Positions 10,671 through 24,120 of a stretch of DNA of 64,000 bases are shown in pieces. The notes beneath the pieces were generated by a model, which did not search any database, had not been told where the DNA came from, and saw nothing but the letters and a program-made list of their open reading frames with translations. Within the stretch, counting starts at the first letter, position 1. Each line of letters begins with the position of its first letter. The DNA comes from Hydrolagus colliei (lineage: Eukaryota), in assembly GCA_035084275.1 (NCBI GenBank), contig CM068748.1, positions 9,176,001-9,240,000 on the forward strand, in the 5' to 3' direction. A program made the position numbers and the translations under genes.

Positions 10671-13600
10671 AAGACAGGTCCTGATTTTCAATTAAATAAA
10701 TGAACCCACACACATGAACAGATGAAGTTGTTTCTGTTTACATCAGTGCAGAGAGACAATTTATTCACCTTATTACTGTAATAAGTTAAATTGACTTCAA
10801 ATGGAAAATTCAAATGTTTAGTTTTTTAAATTATTGTATATAAAAAACTCAGTGCCCTGAAAATGAAATCAATTATAGTTACATTGTTTTTTTAAAAAAT
10901 AGCTTTTATATCTGTAAAATGATTTCCATATTATCTAATTGACTTAACCATGCTGTGATGGACAGCAGGCTTGAGGAGTAATTTCCATAACATTATGTCC
11001 ATTTATTTTTCTATTATTACACACTGGTATATATTACATTATAGGCCAGAGTTACGATTCTTGGGCATATGATATGTAAACAGTAGTACATTACAGAAAT
11101 GCAAATCTTTCATATTCAGCAATGAATATTGAATGAGCATTCCAGCAAAACTGTATAACTTTCCAAATCTGCTTCCTGATCAATAGCAGAAATTGACATC
11201 ATATTTGTAGCTAAGGCTACCATATACTCATAATTTCACGTATTATCTTAAACTCTCCAAGACTGCATCCGGTATATTAAATGATACTGAATTTTCAATT
11301 GAAACAGTTTTAAATGCAGTAATCCATCCCTTGGGATGGTGCTGTTATAAACTTTAGAAGATGAGAATTGGGAATCAAAGATTGAGAGCTGCGATTGCTG
11401 ACATCTCCTTTTCTGAAGTTCCGTCTAACATTACTGAAGCTCTAAACGACCAATTTGAAAATGTGCAGAAAGTTGCTTTTTACTAAATAGAATTTTATTT
11501 GCCAAAATAAATAGGTCAGTGTTCAACTAATGTTGCCAAAAATAATAAAAGTTACAGTCTAGAATAACAATTCCTCACTGAGATACTAAAAGCCTTCACA
11601 GTCTGAAGAGCATCCAAGTACAAATGGAACAAGCTTCCTTACATATAAACAAAAACAACAATTTGTTTGCAAGTATAATATTATATGTAACGGGGAAGAA
11701 TCAAATACTTTTATTGTAATTGAAACTTTCAATTGTGGGTTAAAACTCTCAGGATGTTCTATTTTCCTTTAACATTTCCCCTACTTTCTAGAAAGCATTG
11801 ACTCACAGCAGCAGACAGTCAAACAGGCACCAGACACCTGCAACAACTTGCCTAAATGACCATTTTGCTTGTGTAAGCCTAAATGGGTAATGGCAGCAGG
11901 CCAATAACACATGTGAGGCACCACAACTGTACCCTATCCTGGTCTTACCTTAATCGTACTCTAATCATTCATCATCTTAACCCCTCTTGTGAAAGCAGGG
12001 GCCACTGGACAGAGATTGGGGACCTCGATGGATTTTATTCCTTCTCCAAGCACCAAGGTTAAGTGTCGGCTAAAACCAGTTAGCTCAGCGTAAATTTGGG
12101 ATTGAACATAAGAACCTAAGTCATATATGCATGGTTCAATATTACACGAGAAAGTGACCAACTGAGCCAATGGTGAAAGCTTTCAATACAACAGGATTAG
12201 AAAGGTACCATGGCATTCAGGCATTATTCATTGCGGAATACATACACTTTTAAAAATTAAATAATTTAACATAGAGTTTTAGGATTTATTGTGGTTATTT
12301 AATAGGAAATGCTTACGTAAGAGAAAGCATGTAACTGTGTTCATTAAAATATACAACCACGACACATAAATCTTACTGAAGCAAATAAATGTGTCCAATA
12401 AACATCATCTCATCATTGACACAATCTGAAGAAAGTAGAGAGATGACTGGTCTCTGTCCAGTGACAGACAGCACCTCGCTAACATTCTGTGAGTGAGAAG
12501 CAATATTGTTCAGTACTCACTTATTTGACAGGACCAAAGCAGTCCGTTTTACATTTCAGCAATTCACAAATGGAAGTGACCTTACTCTGCCTCCAAATAA
12601 TGCCCCAGAAATTATACTCACCATCTCTCTACAAAGTAATGACATTGTCCCTTTCATGGATCATAACCCCAGTCTCCAAATTCACCTTAAACAGACGTCT
12701 CAAAAACCCCAACTCTGTATAATCCAGAAATGTTTCATTCACTCAAAATGGAGGCAGTTAATGTTCAACGGTCAAGGAAATGGCTGCTGCAATTGGAATG
12801 GTCACATGAATAAATGGAAAGTTTAAAATCTGTAGCCCAGTAAACAAGGCCTTCAGACAATGCAGCAGCCAATGAGGTTAATTAGGTTTAAGAAGATGCT
12901 GAATCAATTTAGCAATATAACTGAATCAACTTCACGCTGGCTCTTTCACTTTTTTCTAATTTCACACAATGAGCGCATTGCCTTTTTAGCTGAAAATGCT
13001 TTGAGTTCAAATCTATATTTAGTTCAAAGGAAAACACAGTATTTAGAATTGTTTTCAAACTGGTTCTTGAAAGCCGCACAGATATTTTTCCAGGCTGACA
13101 GATTGTGAACTGTTTATATAAAGCATATCTAAAATACATAGGGCATAGCTGAACCGTTTTTCTAAATTTATATTCCAAACACAAGCCCCAGATTATAATG
13201 TAACTTAATGAGTATGTACTCTGGTTCTTGCATGACCACAAGCTTTAATGTGATGTCCCTATGGGCAGAGTATTGGAAATGCATGATATCTATTCGGTAC
13301 AATAAAATAATATTTTCTTAAACCCTTGCCAGATTATTGAATCTACCTATTAAAGGTGAAGCTGTACATTGACTAAGGTTCACTTCTAATTCATTTGAAA
13401 CAAGAACTTTTACATTGGATATGAATAAACACCAATAATGTTTAGTTACTGGACCATATTCACATTGTATTTCTCAAAGAAGGACAAGCACCATTATTGA
13501 ATTACTCGATGATTAAATGGCGTTTTCTTTGTATTCAAATTAAATAGAGTCGATGATTGAAATAGGCATTCACTTCAAGAAAAGCATTTGGCCACGAGAA

Positions 13601-14169
13601 GTGTTTGAATGAAGAAGGTACTGTGGCCCATTTAATCTCATCCATCCAACAACAACAACAATTATCATCCCATTACAGCATCAAGTAATTTTGTAAATGA
13701 GTTCAAGGTCATGAGTTCAACCTCAACAGCTTTTCCTGGTAATCTTTTCCAGGTAACCTTTGTAGAATGCAGTGGTGGCCAAATTGTGTCCACAACAGAG
13801 CTATCAAGAAGCACCTTCCCAACCCTCCAATCACCCACCACCAACCCCCTGAGCATTCACACCAGTCCAGGTAAGTCCATGTTCGATGGGTAGTGAGTTT
13901 TCAGTTTTTTCTCATTTATTTTATTGGCTGACCATAAAGTCATGTGGGGTGGCCACAACTGCTATAACAACCACTGAGGGTAGTGGGTCAAAGAAGCCTT
14001 TAAATAATGTTGGCGTCTGAGTAAGGTCCTCGAACTGGGTTGTCAGAGCTGTTCCAGGGTCATTGCTAACAGGGAATGGTAGCTGAATGGATGTGGTTGC
14101 TTGAACGTGATTGTTTGATTCCCTCCCCACGCCCCCATCCCCAGCTCTGATCTGAAGCAGTGACTGTCC

Positions 14170-14231
14170 AGTGCCTTGGGACGTCGTCCTGACGTGAATG
14201 GCGCTAAACAAGTATAATTTTGTTGTTGTTG
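14170..14231 (+). mobile_element. L2 LINE 3' terminus
   Basis: GTGCCTTGGGACGTCGTCCTGACGTGAATGGCGCTAAACAAG...TTTTGTTGTTGTTG. Confidence 0.8.
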
Positions 14232-15046
14232 ATTGCACTTCCCGTTGTCTGTCCTGACATTACTCTGTATGAAGGTGAATCTGCTTTCTTTTGTTCTCCC
14301 CATTAGGATACCTGAAAACGTTGTTCTGAGTTTACTTTCTCAATCAAAATTAGCATCTTATTTACCTTCTCCAAGGCTTCCAATGAGATACAGATTTTCC
14401 AAAGCTACAAAGGACCTAGTTTATCTAATCATTACTCATAGCTCATCCATCACATTTCAGAGTTCATCTTCATTGCTCGCATCTGCAGTGCCTTGGATGA
14501 GTGGTTTAGGTTACAAGTAAAACTTATTTAACCACAGGGCTATGGTAAATTATAACATTTCTAAGTAATCTTTCATGGGTTTGATGTCACGCTTTTCACT
14601 GAAGCCTGCTCCCTCCACTGGGTGCATTTTGTTATTTCTCAATCATGCATTACATGAAGCACTGTGCCTAGACACTATATCCTGAAGGAGATTCAAACTG
14701 ATACATGTGCTCCAGTACATATCCCATCCATCCGAACAGAGAGCTCCATTAACAATGATGGTGGGATGTTTCACATCCACTGGCTTCCCACCTGAAGGGC
14801 ATAGCGTATCAGCAGGCACCTCATTGTGGAAATAAAGGTTCCTATTGTGATAAGTTCAGAACATGGCTGTTCTACAACAAGACTAATTGAAAGGGACATA
14901 ATGAATATATTTTCAAAATGTTCATATTTTAATTGGTTTGTTGTTTTGTTTTAAAAAGGGAGAGATTATTAGTTACTCCTTGGCTATCTCTGAGTACATT
15001 TGTTAAAAAAAATTGTAGTTTACAGTAGTTAGCATACCTCAAGATA

Positions 15047-15270
15047 GGGAAGTAGAAATTCCACCTGGGTCTAGATACTGTATACTCTATTTATGTAACA
15101 CTTCAGAATTTGCTGAAATTCTTAAATACAGAGTAGGTTTTGAAGTCGGATTTCTGTAAGCAATTTAAACCTGTTCAAAGGTTGAGACTGATTCAACAAC
15201 TTGCCAAATTCTGGACTCTCTGAAATGCTACACAAACAGAATAAATCTAGACCCAGGTGGAACACTCCCC
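15047..15270. mobile_element. Foldback/MITE-like element with terminal inverted repeats
   Basis: TTCCACCTGGGTCTAGAT (15059-15076) is the perfect inverse of ATCTAGACCCAGGTGGAA (15245-15262), and imperfect pairing continues inward. A related copy lies at 16388-16657. Confidence 0.7.
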
Positions 15271-16387
15271 AGGATAGGAAACATGTTTGATACTATTCAC
15301 TGAAAAACATGTATGATTGAGTGCATTACTAATTTATGGTGCTGCAATACAGGCTCTTCCACAAAACTCTCCACTGACCGTAGCTTTTCAAATCAGCATT
15401 ATTGTCTAGCGCAACACCTGGTACAAGGGGCCTTTGGATACCTGCTTGGGGAACTATTTAAAAGTCACCGGATAAGCTTGTGCCACCACAATGCTAACAC
15501 CACTGACCATCACATTGCTGTTCTCACTGCACCATAATCATGTACACACTGCACCACCACAATGCTGTCTCTGCACCAGCACAACCTGCATAGCCTCATC
15601 CTGCAGTGCTTTTACCCATAAAGCCAGCAGGACAGATACAGCCAGAGTTATTTACTGTTATCTTTTTTTTCTCGATTTGAAAGCACAATAATTCAACAGG
15701 AAATGGTTTATGTTACAATTGATCTTTAATTATAAACATATCAATAATGGCTTAGCGGGGTGCAGATATTACAAATTCAACACTACATTTCACAGCTCAA
15801 TGCAGCATTGTGAATTTAGCAGGCAACACAGATAGAGTCCAGATTGTAGTTTGGGCCAGATCAGTGCAATCTCACTGTTCCCAGCTGACAAAACGGCCAT
15901 CAAGCTGGCAGCTGAGGCGACATTCCCCAGAGACTGATATCCCACAGGCTTGGCGAAATTTACACATCAAACAGGCTTTTCAGCTGCGTGAATGCAGCTG
16001 AAAAGCTACATTTCTAAATGCATAATGCGTGTAAAGAAAAATGGTATATTAAATCCAAATCTATTAAATCTCAAAAAATGCTATGTAAACATTATGCATT
16101 CTTTAAAATACAGAAGTCTAAAATATACAAATGTACCAGCTCCACAAAGGGCACAGCCCTAAAGGTATTTGGCTTCTGTGCAGTTAATTTCATGAGGGAA
16201 ATAGATTGGAAGATAGAATCTGATGAGACTATTTTTGTCATGTCTGTATGATTTTATTAGATAATGGATTTGTTTGTTATATACTCACAAAAAAATTCAA
16301 GATGATTTAAAGAACATTATTTGTTTGAACGATTCAAATGATCTTTTCAAAAAATTAAGTGAAACTATAAATACAGAAGGTATACTT

Positions 16388-16657
16388 GGGGATGGAATTC
16401 CACTGGCATCCAGATTTACTCTATTTATGTAGCATTCAGAATTTGTCAAATTATTTTGTACTTAAAAATTCTTTGATTTTTTAAAGCATTTTTACACACA
16501 TTTTAAGAAACCCGAGGTAAAAGGTCCTCTATAAATGTAATTTTGTATTTTTGTTAAATGTTGTATTCAAAGTTGAGAACAAATTTAATAATTTGCTGAA
16601 TTCTGGATGATGTAAAATACTACATCAATAGAGTAAATTCGAACAAAGGTGCATTTT
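16388..16657. mobile_element. Second, more diverged copy of the 15047-15270 foldback element
   Basis: Shares TACTCTATTTATGTA.CA.TTCAGAATTTG at the left end and TTCAAAG.TTGAGA...AATTCTGGA at the right. TTTACTCTATT pairs with AATAGAGTAAA. Confidence 0.6.
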
Positions 16658-19600
16658 GATTAATTGTGGATTAATTTGTACCTATTTCACTCAGTTGTTG
16701 GTTCTATCCTTTGGAAGGCTCTATGTAGCTCTTGTATTGAGGTCCATATATTGTCAGGGTATAGTTTCTGTACCTTTTAAATGGTACAGAATGCTAGTAA
16801 TGCATAAAGCTAACCTATCCTACAATCTCCTTAATACCTACCACTGATACCTGCCTATAGTCAGGCTTTGTTTCAGAGGCTATGCGCAAAGTGTTCTCAA
16901 AGTGCGTAAGGCTCTTGAGTTGTTCTTAAAGTGTTTCTAATACATTGAATTTACATAAATTTAGCATTCCGTGAACCCCAGCAAAATTCACTCTGTAATA
17001 TTCCCCCAAGCACCTGGAGTTCAAGAGGCGACCCAAGTTCCATTTGTCTATTATTACAGTATATGAGTGATGAAGAAAATCTATCAGCAATTGTGTTGGA
17101 TGTTTTCAGGAAGATTTAATAGAAGGTACAAGCCTCATGCGAGGCAATATTCCCTGTTGTGCGCATTTGTGGAGGCTCTGCCAGCAGCCCAGATGGAAAA
17201 TCTGCTGCGACCAAGTTCCTTCTTTGTCTCTTCAGGAAATTAACTTATGAACTGAAATTTTTAAATATAGAATGTTTTCATTTCAGCTATGATTTAATAA
17301 TAATAATCCCTGCATTATCAAGTCTTCAAGGCGTCTCAAAGCGCTTTACTGAATATATTGTAATGTGAATTGACTGTATATGTTGTGGATATCACTATTT
17401 AGGGGATAATGTAACCCTAAATGTAATAAAAGATGACGTGAGTGTATTCACCCCTGTGTCTTTTTATTCTTTGGTTTACAAGCAATGGTTCGATGCAGCT
17501 TGGGAAATGCAACATTGAGAAAAATTACAACCATAAACTGTGCCCAGCAATCTTTCAAGGCAACCAGAAAAGCAGTTTGAATGTGTTGTCCTCTCTGCAC
17601 CCCAACCCTCCCTGGCCTTTGAACCATCTGTGCTCAGAGATTAAACAGCAGGACAGTGTTACTACTGACCAACCTTATAGAAGAGATCTTATGCCTAACA
17701 CTGGTATTCAGCACCTACATTGCGCTTGAAGAATGTCTTTTTTCCACCTGTAGTAAAGTATCTACAAATTGTCTGGAACACTACAGAGGACTGCCTTTCT
17801 ACCAAACTAAATCCATAAGACCATTTTGTTTTAAAATTTAAGATCAAGCAGAATTTTTTTTAAATAAAATTCAATCTTCATTTGGAAGTCTGAACATTTT
17901 AAGAATCGTAGAAAAAATACTTCGAAATTCAATAATTCTAGTGAACATAGTTGGGAGTCAGCTTCTCTTAAACACTAGCTTTCGAAGTGAATGAACTTAT
18001 TGCTGGAGAAAAAAATGACATTGGATGACTCATTGAAGAGATGCAATAGTATGAACTGAATGTATCTATCCTTTGTTACTTTGATAATGGGCTTTGTTTC
18101 CTTCCTGGTGAACAGTGTTCTCACCTTGAAGGCTTTGTGTGTTCTGTAGCCCATGGTTAGAGGTCAGTGAACAGCCTCAGGCTTCAGTGGTTAAATGGGG
18201 CCGGTTGTGACCGACTGAAGTCCGGTTCTATTGCTGACCAGACTTCAGTGTTTGCAGGAAATTAGGGATTCCAACTTATCCCATTCGAAAATGAAGAACA
18301 ATATTGAAAACAATGATGGAACTTTCTTTTCAGTGATGTGGCTAACACTGATCTCAGTTTGTTGCCGGTTCAATAAGCCTAAGAACTAAATTCAGAATAG
18401 CACTCAGCGCTGTCCAAGTGTGACTTTTCAGTTTCGCACAGTCTATCCTTATGGGTTGTTGGCAGGGAGCATCTCTAACCAGTGCCAAATCCTAGACAGT
18501 TTATCCCGTGGACTTGTGTGCACTGGAAGCTGCACTTCTAACCTTAACAGTCATCAGAGAGAAGGCTTTCATTCCATCTGGCCAGAGTGAAACCTAGCTC
18601 CCAGTAGTGAGAAAATGCTGCCCCCGATCTATAAAGCTATTGAATTTAAGTAATCAGAAGGGACATCACAGAATACAAGTCCCTCTTCAGGTTCAGGGAG
18701 ACTTGATAACCTGAAGTCTATTATTTTCAGTCTGCTGTTAAAAGTAGTGCCTAGATCTACAGTTTGGAAAATGCATATTTCAGGGTTTTTATCTCACTTT
18801 GTCAGAACTGAATAAAACACATGGATAGCCTGGAGCTACGGAGCACTTTCACGAAACGAAGTGACATGTGATCATATGTGAGAGTGATATTTGGTGGAAA
18901 GCAATTCCATAATGCATCATTTCAATATTCAAAAATAATAATTTCCCTTTGCCTTTCATATAACATCTTTCACATCAGCCAGATTTCTCAAACGCCTTGA
19001 CAGGATTGAAAGATAGCGACCATGTATTTTGTGGGCAGCCATGTGGGGGCTTGAACCCACAACCTTGTACAATACATTATATAAGAAGCATTGGAAATCA
19101 GTTACAGAATGAGTCATCCCATTAACCAATAATAAACTCCACACTATTGGAAAACATGGGAAATATCTTTTTTGTAAGTTTAAATATTTCTCCCTTTTTC
19201 TGTTCCCCAACCGAGCATCGTTCTCTGTTGAAAAGTCTGGGTAGGCAACCGCACCTTGGGCTGCAGCAATAATACGATGTAACTTGTTACTGGAGGGTGC
19301 ACAAGAGTGGTCCAAGCATGCCTTGCTCCCTGGCCTCATGCAGTGATTCACTATGATGGTATGCATTCATGTCTAGAGAATGGCACTGATCCCCCTGGAG
19401 TCCCTCCAATGCCAGCCTCCTAATTGGCAACAAGCCTCTGGTTTTATTTTTACTACAGATAGTTGGATACTCCTAACCCACGAATAGACGTGCATATAAA
19501 TATAGGTAATAACATTATTTGGATTAGCGGCCACACCACCACTGAAGACATTTTTATGACAGAAAGTGGAATGCACAGCAGACGAAATGCACTTGAGAAA

Positions 19601-21094
19601 TCCCACAAATAGATTCAGAATGGTTACACAGCATTCCCCTCCTGCTCTCCACACCCCACATTTCTTCCAATTGTATGAAAAAAATATACATTTGGGAGAG
19701 GATATAGTACATTTCACATGCTCGTCATCTGGTTCCTGGGATTTTATGAAAATATGACGCTCCATTGGGCATAGATTGGCTTCCAGTTCTGCTGTTATAT
19801 TTTAGTGTAATTTGTGTGTGACTCTGATGGCTATTTACATGCAATGGTGGAGATGTATTGCATTCTGCTCCCTTTTGTAAACTATGGGTTTTGGTCCATC
19901 TAAGTGCTAATACTCAGAATGTTTGTGAGCTGCACAGAGCAGATGCTACAGAATAGAACGGGGGACGTGCAGGGAGCCTGGCAAGGCCACAGATGGAAGT
20001 TTCATGGATCAGCTCATTCCTCCGCAGTTATCGAACAACAATGAAACAAAGCAGTCGCAAACCAGAAACACATTCATGAATATGGTTATGCTCAAATAAA
20101 GCACCGTCTCCACATTGGAGAAAAGGCTCTCAGAAACCCCCAAAATGCTGCAAAATCATGAAAAAATATAGCCTTTTTAGTTTGAAAATGAAAACCATGA
20201 CAACAAATGGAATCAAGTCATACATGTGTGGCTGGGCGCTGCATAATGGTAGGTTTGACATCTCTACTTACTGAGGAATGAGGAGCAGACACATAAACTC
20301 ACAGCTAGACTACCCTTGTTACAATTATGTTTGGTTCGTTAAATACATTAAGCTTTTTTTAAAAAAAAACTTATTTTGGCACAGAACAAATGTAATAGCA
20401 CAATGTTATTCATAAATATCATTTACACTCCAGTAAATATGTCACATACATTAGTTCCAGAATTTCAATGACATCCACAACTCAAAAAAGGGAAAAAAAG
20501 ATTTAATTCAAAGATCGAATTCCACATGATTAGTGTAGGGAAAGCAGAGGGTGTTGGAGGATATGACAGTCAGTTAACAAAGGACAAGAACCAGGATATC
20601 CTCTACAATCACCAGCTGGTTTATGGAGAGTCAATCATTGAGGTTGGTGCAGGTGTCCTGTTGGAAGAAATTTTCTGATAGGACCCAAGCTAAGAAACAT
20701 TTGCTGTGCTGGAGACAGAATGAGATTTTCTCAGATTTCACCATTTTCCATGGCATGCAGAGCCAGCTGGGCTCATGGAGAGGGTCACCTGGGACTAAAG
20801 TTTGAATGCTTCACTGAGCAGTGAATAGGAAGAGATTAATTAAACTGCCCATTCCAGTATTAGGAAGTCCCGCGAGACACTGAAATGGACCTAAATCAAT
20901 TGCGATACTATCTTCAATTTTACTCTGAGCAATTGCCATTGCATCACTTGGCATCTGTTGACAACACTTTGCATTTAATGAAATTACAGCCTGAAATATT
21001 GGTTGCGGATAGTAAAGAAATAGGAATAGACTGAAATCAAAGAAATTCCAGCATAGGATCTGACCCACTCCACTACCCACCACCTTCGCTCAAC

Positions 21095-21245
21095 TTGTTC
21101 AGGTCTTCTGCAAGTCACCTTCTCCTATTAGCAACTGTGCTTTAGCCATGAGACCTAAATCTCTGAAACCCGCCCCTTCTTTGCCTCTCTTCAAATCACA
21201 CCTGAAGACTTTCCTCTTCCACTGTAACTTTGGTCACTTCCCCTC
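21095..21245 (+). mobile_element. L2 LINE ORF2 C-terminal remnant
   Basis: TCTTTGCCTCTCTTCAAATCACACCTGAAGACTTTCCTCTTC encodes SLPLFKSHLKTFLF, the typical L2 ORF2 end. Confidence 0.7.
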
Positions 21246-22464
21246 GACATCAAACCAAACTACACGGTTGTTAAGCACTCCAGCATGATTGTATTTAGTG
21301 GATGTGCAAGCAAGGAAAACTTGGTTCAGAGAATGAGACTGAATTTTTGATGACTTATTGCCTCTAATTGAAAAGTATGACGGAGCTATATATATATACA
21401 AGCTGTTGTTGTTGTGGACGTAGAGTCGGATTGATGACTCATTTTATGCTTAGTGATTCAGTACATCTGTCAATCCAACATTTAGCTTAATAGTCTTTTG
21501 GCGGGTGTTTTGTGATTAGAACTGTTCTATAATGGGTCTACTTGCAAGTGAAAAGCTTAAGAAATCTTTAAAATGAAATAAGGTGCTAATCTCATATCAG
21601 GCCAAATATGTGGTAAAGGTGCCACTGTTTTGTCCTAATTCTCTGCGTAAAATATATCCATTCTTGCTTGTGTGATGAAGGGGAAGGCTAGCCAATCTCA
21701 CATACGTTAATGGCTCTCATACAATACAAATATTGGAAGAGCTGTGATAACTCTCTGATATGCAATTGTGCTATGCAAGATTGCATGGCATTGTGGAAGC
21801 TCAGTGATCTTGGTTTGAGGGTGACAAGCCATTAAGAAAACGTGGGTGGGAAAAAGGCTGGAACATGGCTCTGATGATATTTTTAAATGTATTGAAGCCA
21901 TAATTTTACACATGCATTTAGTGGATGCGCAACCAAGGGAAAACAGGGTTCAAACAAAGGGACTACATTTTTAGTGACTCATTGCCCCGAGTTAAAAGGC
22001 ATTTGGTTTAAAACATTTCACAATATCTGTTGAGCATATAGAAATCTGTGAGTTGCTTGTGTTGTTAATGACATGGTAACAGCAGCACGCTGTAATAGTG
22101 ACCTTGAAAAAGGTGCAGTGGCAGCAATGTTGGAAGGGAAGTGCTATAATCTCTTGGAGAGAGGCAACACTGTGACAGAGAGGGATGAGAGAGATGCACT
22201 GGAAGATAATGAAATCCACTGACGCTCAGTTGTTACTCTGCCTGTGCAGAAATATCATAGTTAAATGATATTTAACAGGTGCTCCTTCAGAGAAACGTGG
22301 CACTGTTGACAAAGGGCTACATCGAGATAGCAAGGCAACTTGAATGTCTTATCCAGTATACAAACAGTTTATAAAACCATACCGAACTACGCAATTTTAA
22401 ATAACACACAATCAACGGTGGCTTATGCTGCTTTATGCCGTGTGTTTGGTGGTAATCATAATCA

Positions 22465-22692
22465 GTGCCTTGGGACATCCTCCCGAAGTGAAAGACGCTA
22501 TACAAATATAATGTTGTTGCTGTTGTAATAAACTCTACCATAATCTTTTCGTGAAATGTGGAATACAGTATAAATCAAAATCTCACCCACAAATATACAG
22601 TCAATTCACTTTACAGCATGTTCTGTGAAGCGCTATGAGATATGTAGAAGATGTGAAAAGCGCTATCTGAAATGCAAGGATTATTATTATTA
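22465..22692 (+). mobile_element. L2 3' terminus (22465-22527) followed by SINE 3' fragment (22585-22692)
   Basis: GTGCCTTGGGACATCCTCCCGAAGTGAAAGACGCTATACAAAT, then CCCACAAATATACAGTCAATTCACTTTACAG...ATGCAAGGA(TTA)n. Confidence 0.85.
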
Positions 22693-23746
22693 AAATTGAG
22701 TCAGCATAAGCTATTCTCCCAGTGTTAATAACAGACTGGAAATTTACAGTGCTCACTCCTCCCAAGAAGAATGCATTATTCTTTAATGTTATTTAACATA
22801 AGAAACTTCTGCGTTTGGCATGCTGTTCATATCTGTACAGGAAACTATGGATGTAACCGATCAAACCAAAGGAATCACGTTACTGAATGTCAAGGGGCTG
22901 AACTTTACTTTTGTAAAAAAAAAGTTGGATGATATGTCATCGATGGCACTGTGGCCAGATTAAGCTCTTCAAGATATCAGGAGAAACAACTCAGTTCTCA
23001 TGAAACGGAGTAAATACGCAGTTATGATGTCTGGGGCTTCAGATAAATTCAAACCATAGTGTGAAAGGCTTATCAGCATCGTATTAAATTGATGGCCGAG
23101 CCCCCACACTGAATATGGAACTCCATCAATGTCCAGTGAGCTGGTTAATCTGTCCCTGTATGTATATATAGATATATATATATGAAAATGATGGTGAAAA
23201 AGTGCTGATGCAGAGAACAGAATGACAGGGTGATAGGTATTGAAAATACAATAGGTTAAATGGAAAGAATATAAAAAGCAAGAGATTACAATGATCGGAA
23301 AGGTCAAAGGAAATAAATTCTGAATTGATTTGCGAGAGGTGCAAATACAAGGTGACTGGCAAAGGGCATGGTAGAGCATGGAAGGGATAGAAGATAGAGA
23401 CATTCATAGAAAGAGCATGAAAAACTAGAGTGAGGAGAAAACAGGACTGTACTATAGCATGAATGTAACACCCCTCCCTGATGGATCAATCATGATGTGC
23501 ACAGATGTTACTCCAGTACAATAGTGAAGCATTAGATTTAAACATGACGCCAGTACATCCTCTTGCCCCGTGTTGTCCTGAACAACAAGGTACAAGTTAG
23601 ATCAAATACATTAACTGCCACCTGATATCAGAGATACACAGGTTATGTCTTTTTAAACCATCGGTGCTAAAAGGCCAGACTTTACAAACTACTTTTAATC
23701 AGGATAGCAATTCACAATTTATTTTCCAAATTTACTGTGTCTACTC

Positions 23747-24120
23747 CTAATAGAGATTTATAAAATCATGAGGGGATTCGACAGGGTGAATAAGGAAAAA
23801 CTGTTTCCACTGGTGGGCGTATCTGTGACTCGTGGTCACAGATTTAAAATAGTTTCAAAATGAAGCAGAGGGGAGCTGAGGAGAAATGTTTTCACTCAGT
23901 GGGTTGCTCGAATCTGGAATGCATTGCCTGAAAAGGTGGTGGAGGCCGATTCGATAACAGCTTTTAAAAGATAATTAGATCTTTATTTAGGGAAATCACC
24001 TTTATTTATGGTGAGAGCGCTGGGCAGTGGGATTGAGTTGCTCTTTTCAAAGAGCCGGCACAGACTAGATGGGCAATGGCCTCCTTTTGTGCTGTAAAAT
24101 TCTATGATTCTATGATTCTA
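23747..24120 (+). mobile_element. CR1 LINE 3' fragment (ORF2 C-terminus and 3' UTR)
   Basis: Translates LIEIYKIMRGFDRVNKEKLFPLVGVSVTRGHRFKI..*..RRNVFTQWVARIWNALPEKVVEADSITAFKR*LD and ends in ATTCTATG octamer repeats typical of CR1. Confidence 0.93.

Noticed and set aside
18405-18425. Possible REST/NRSE site (GGACAGCGC half-site on the minus strand)
   Set aside because: The left half-site and spacing deviate from consensus, and it lies in what looks like an old SINE remnant.
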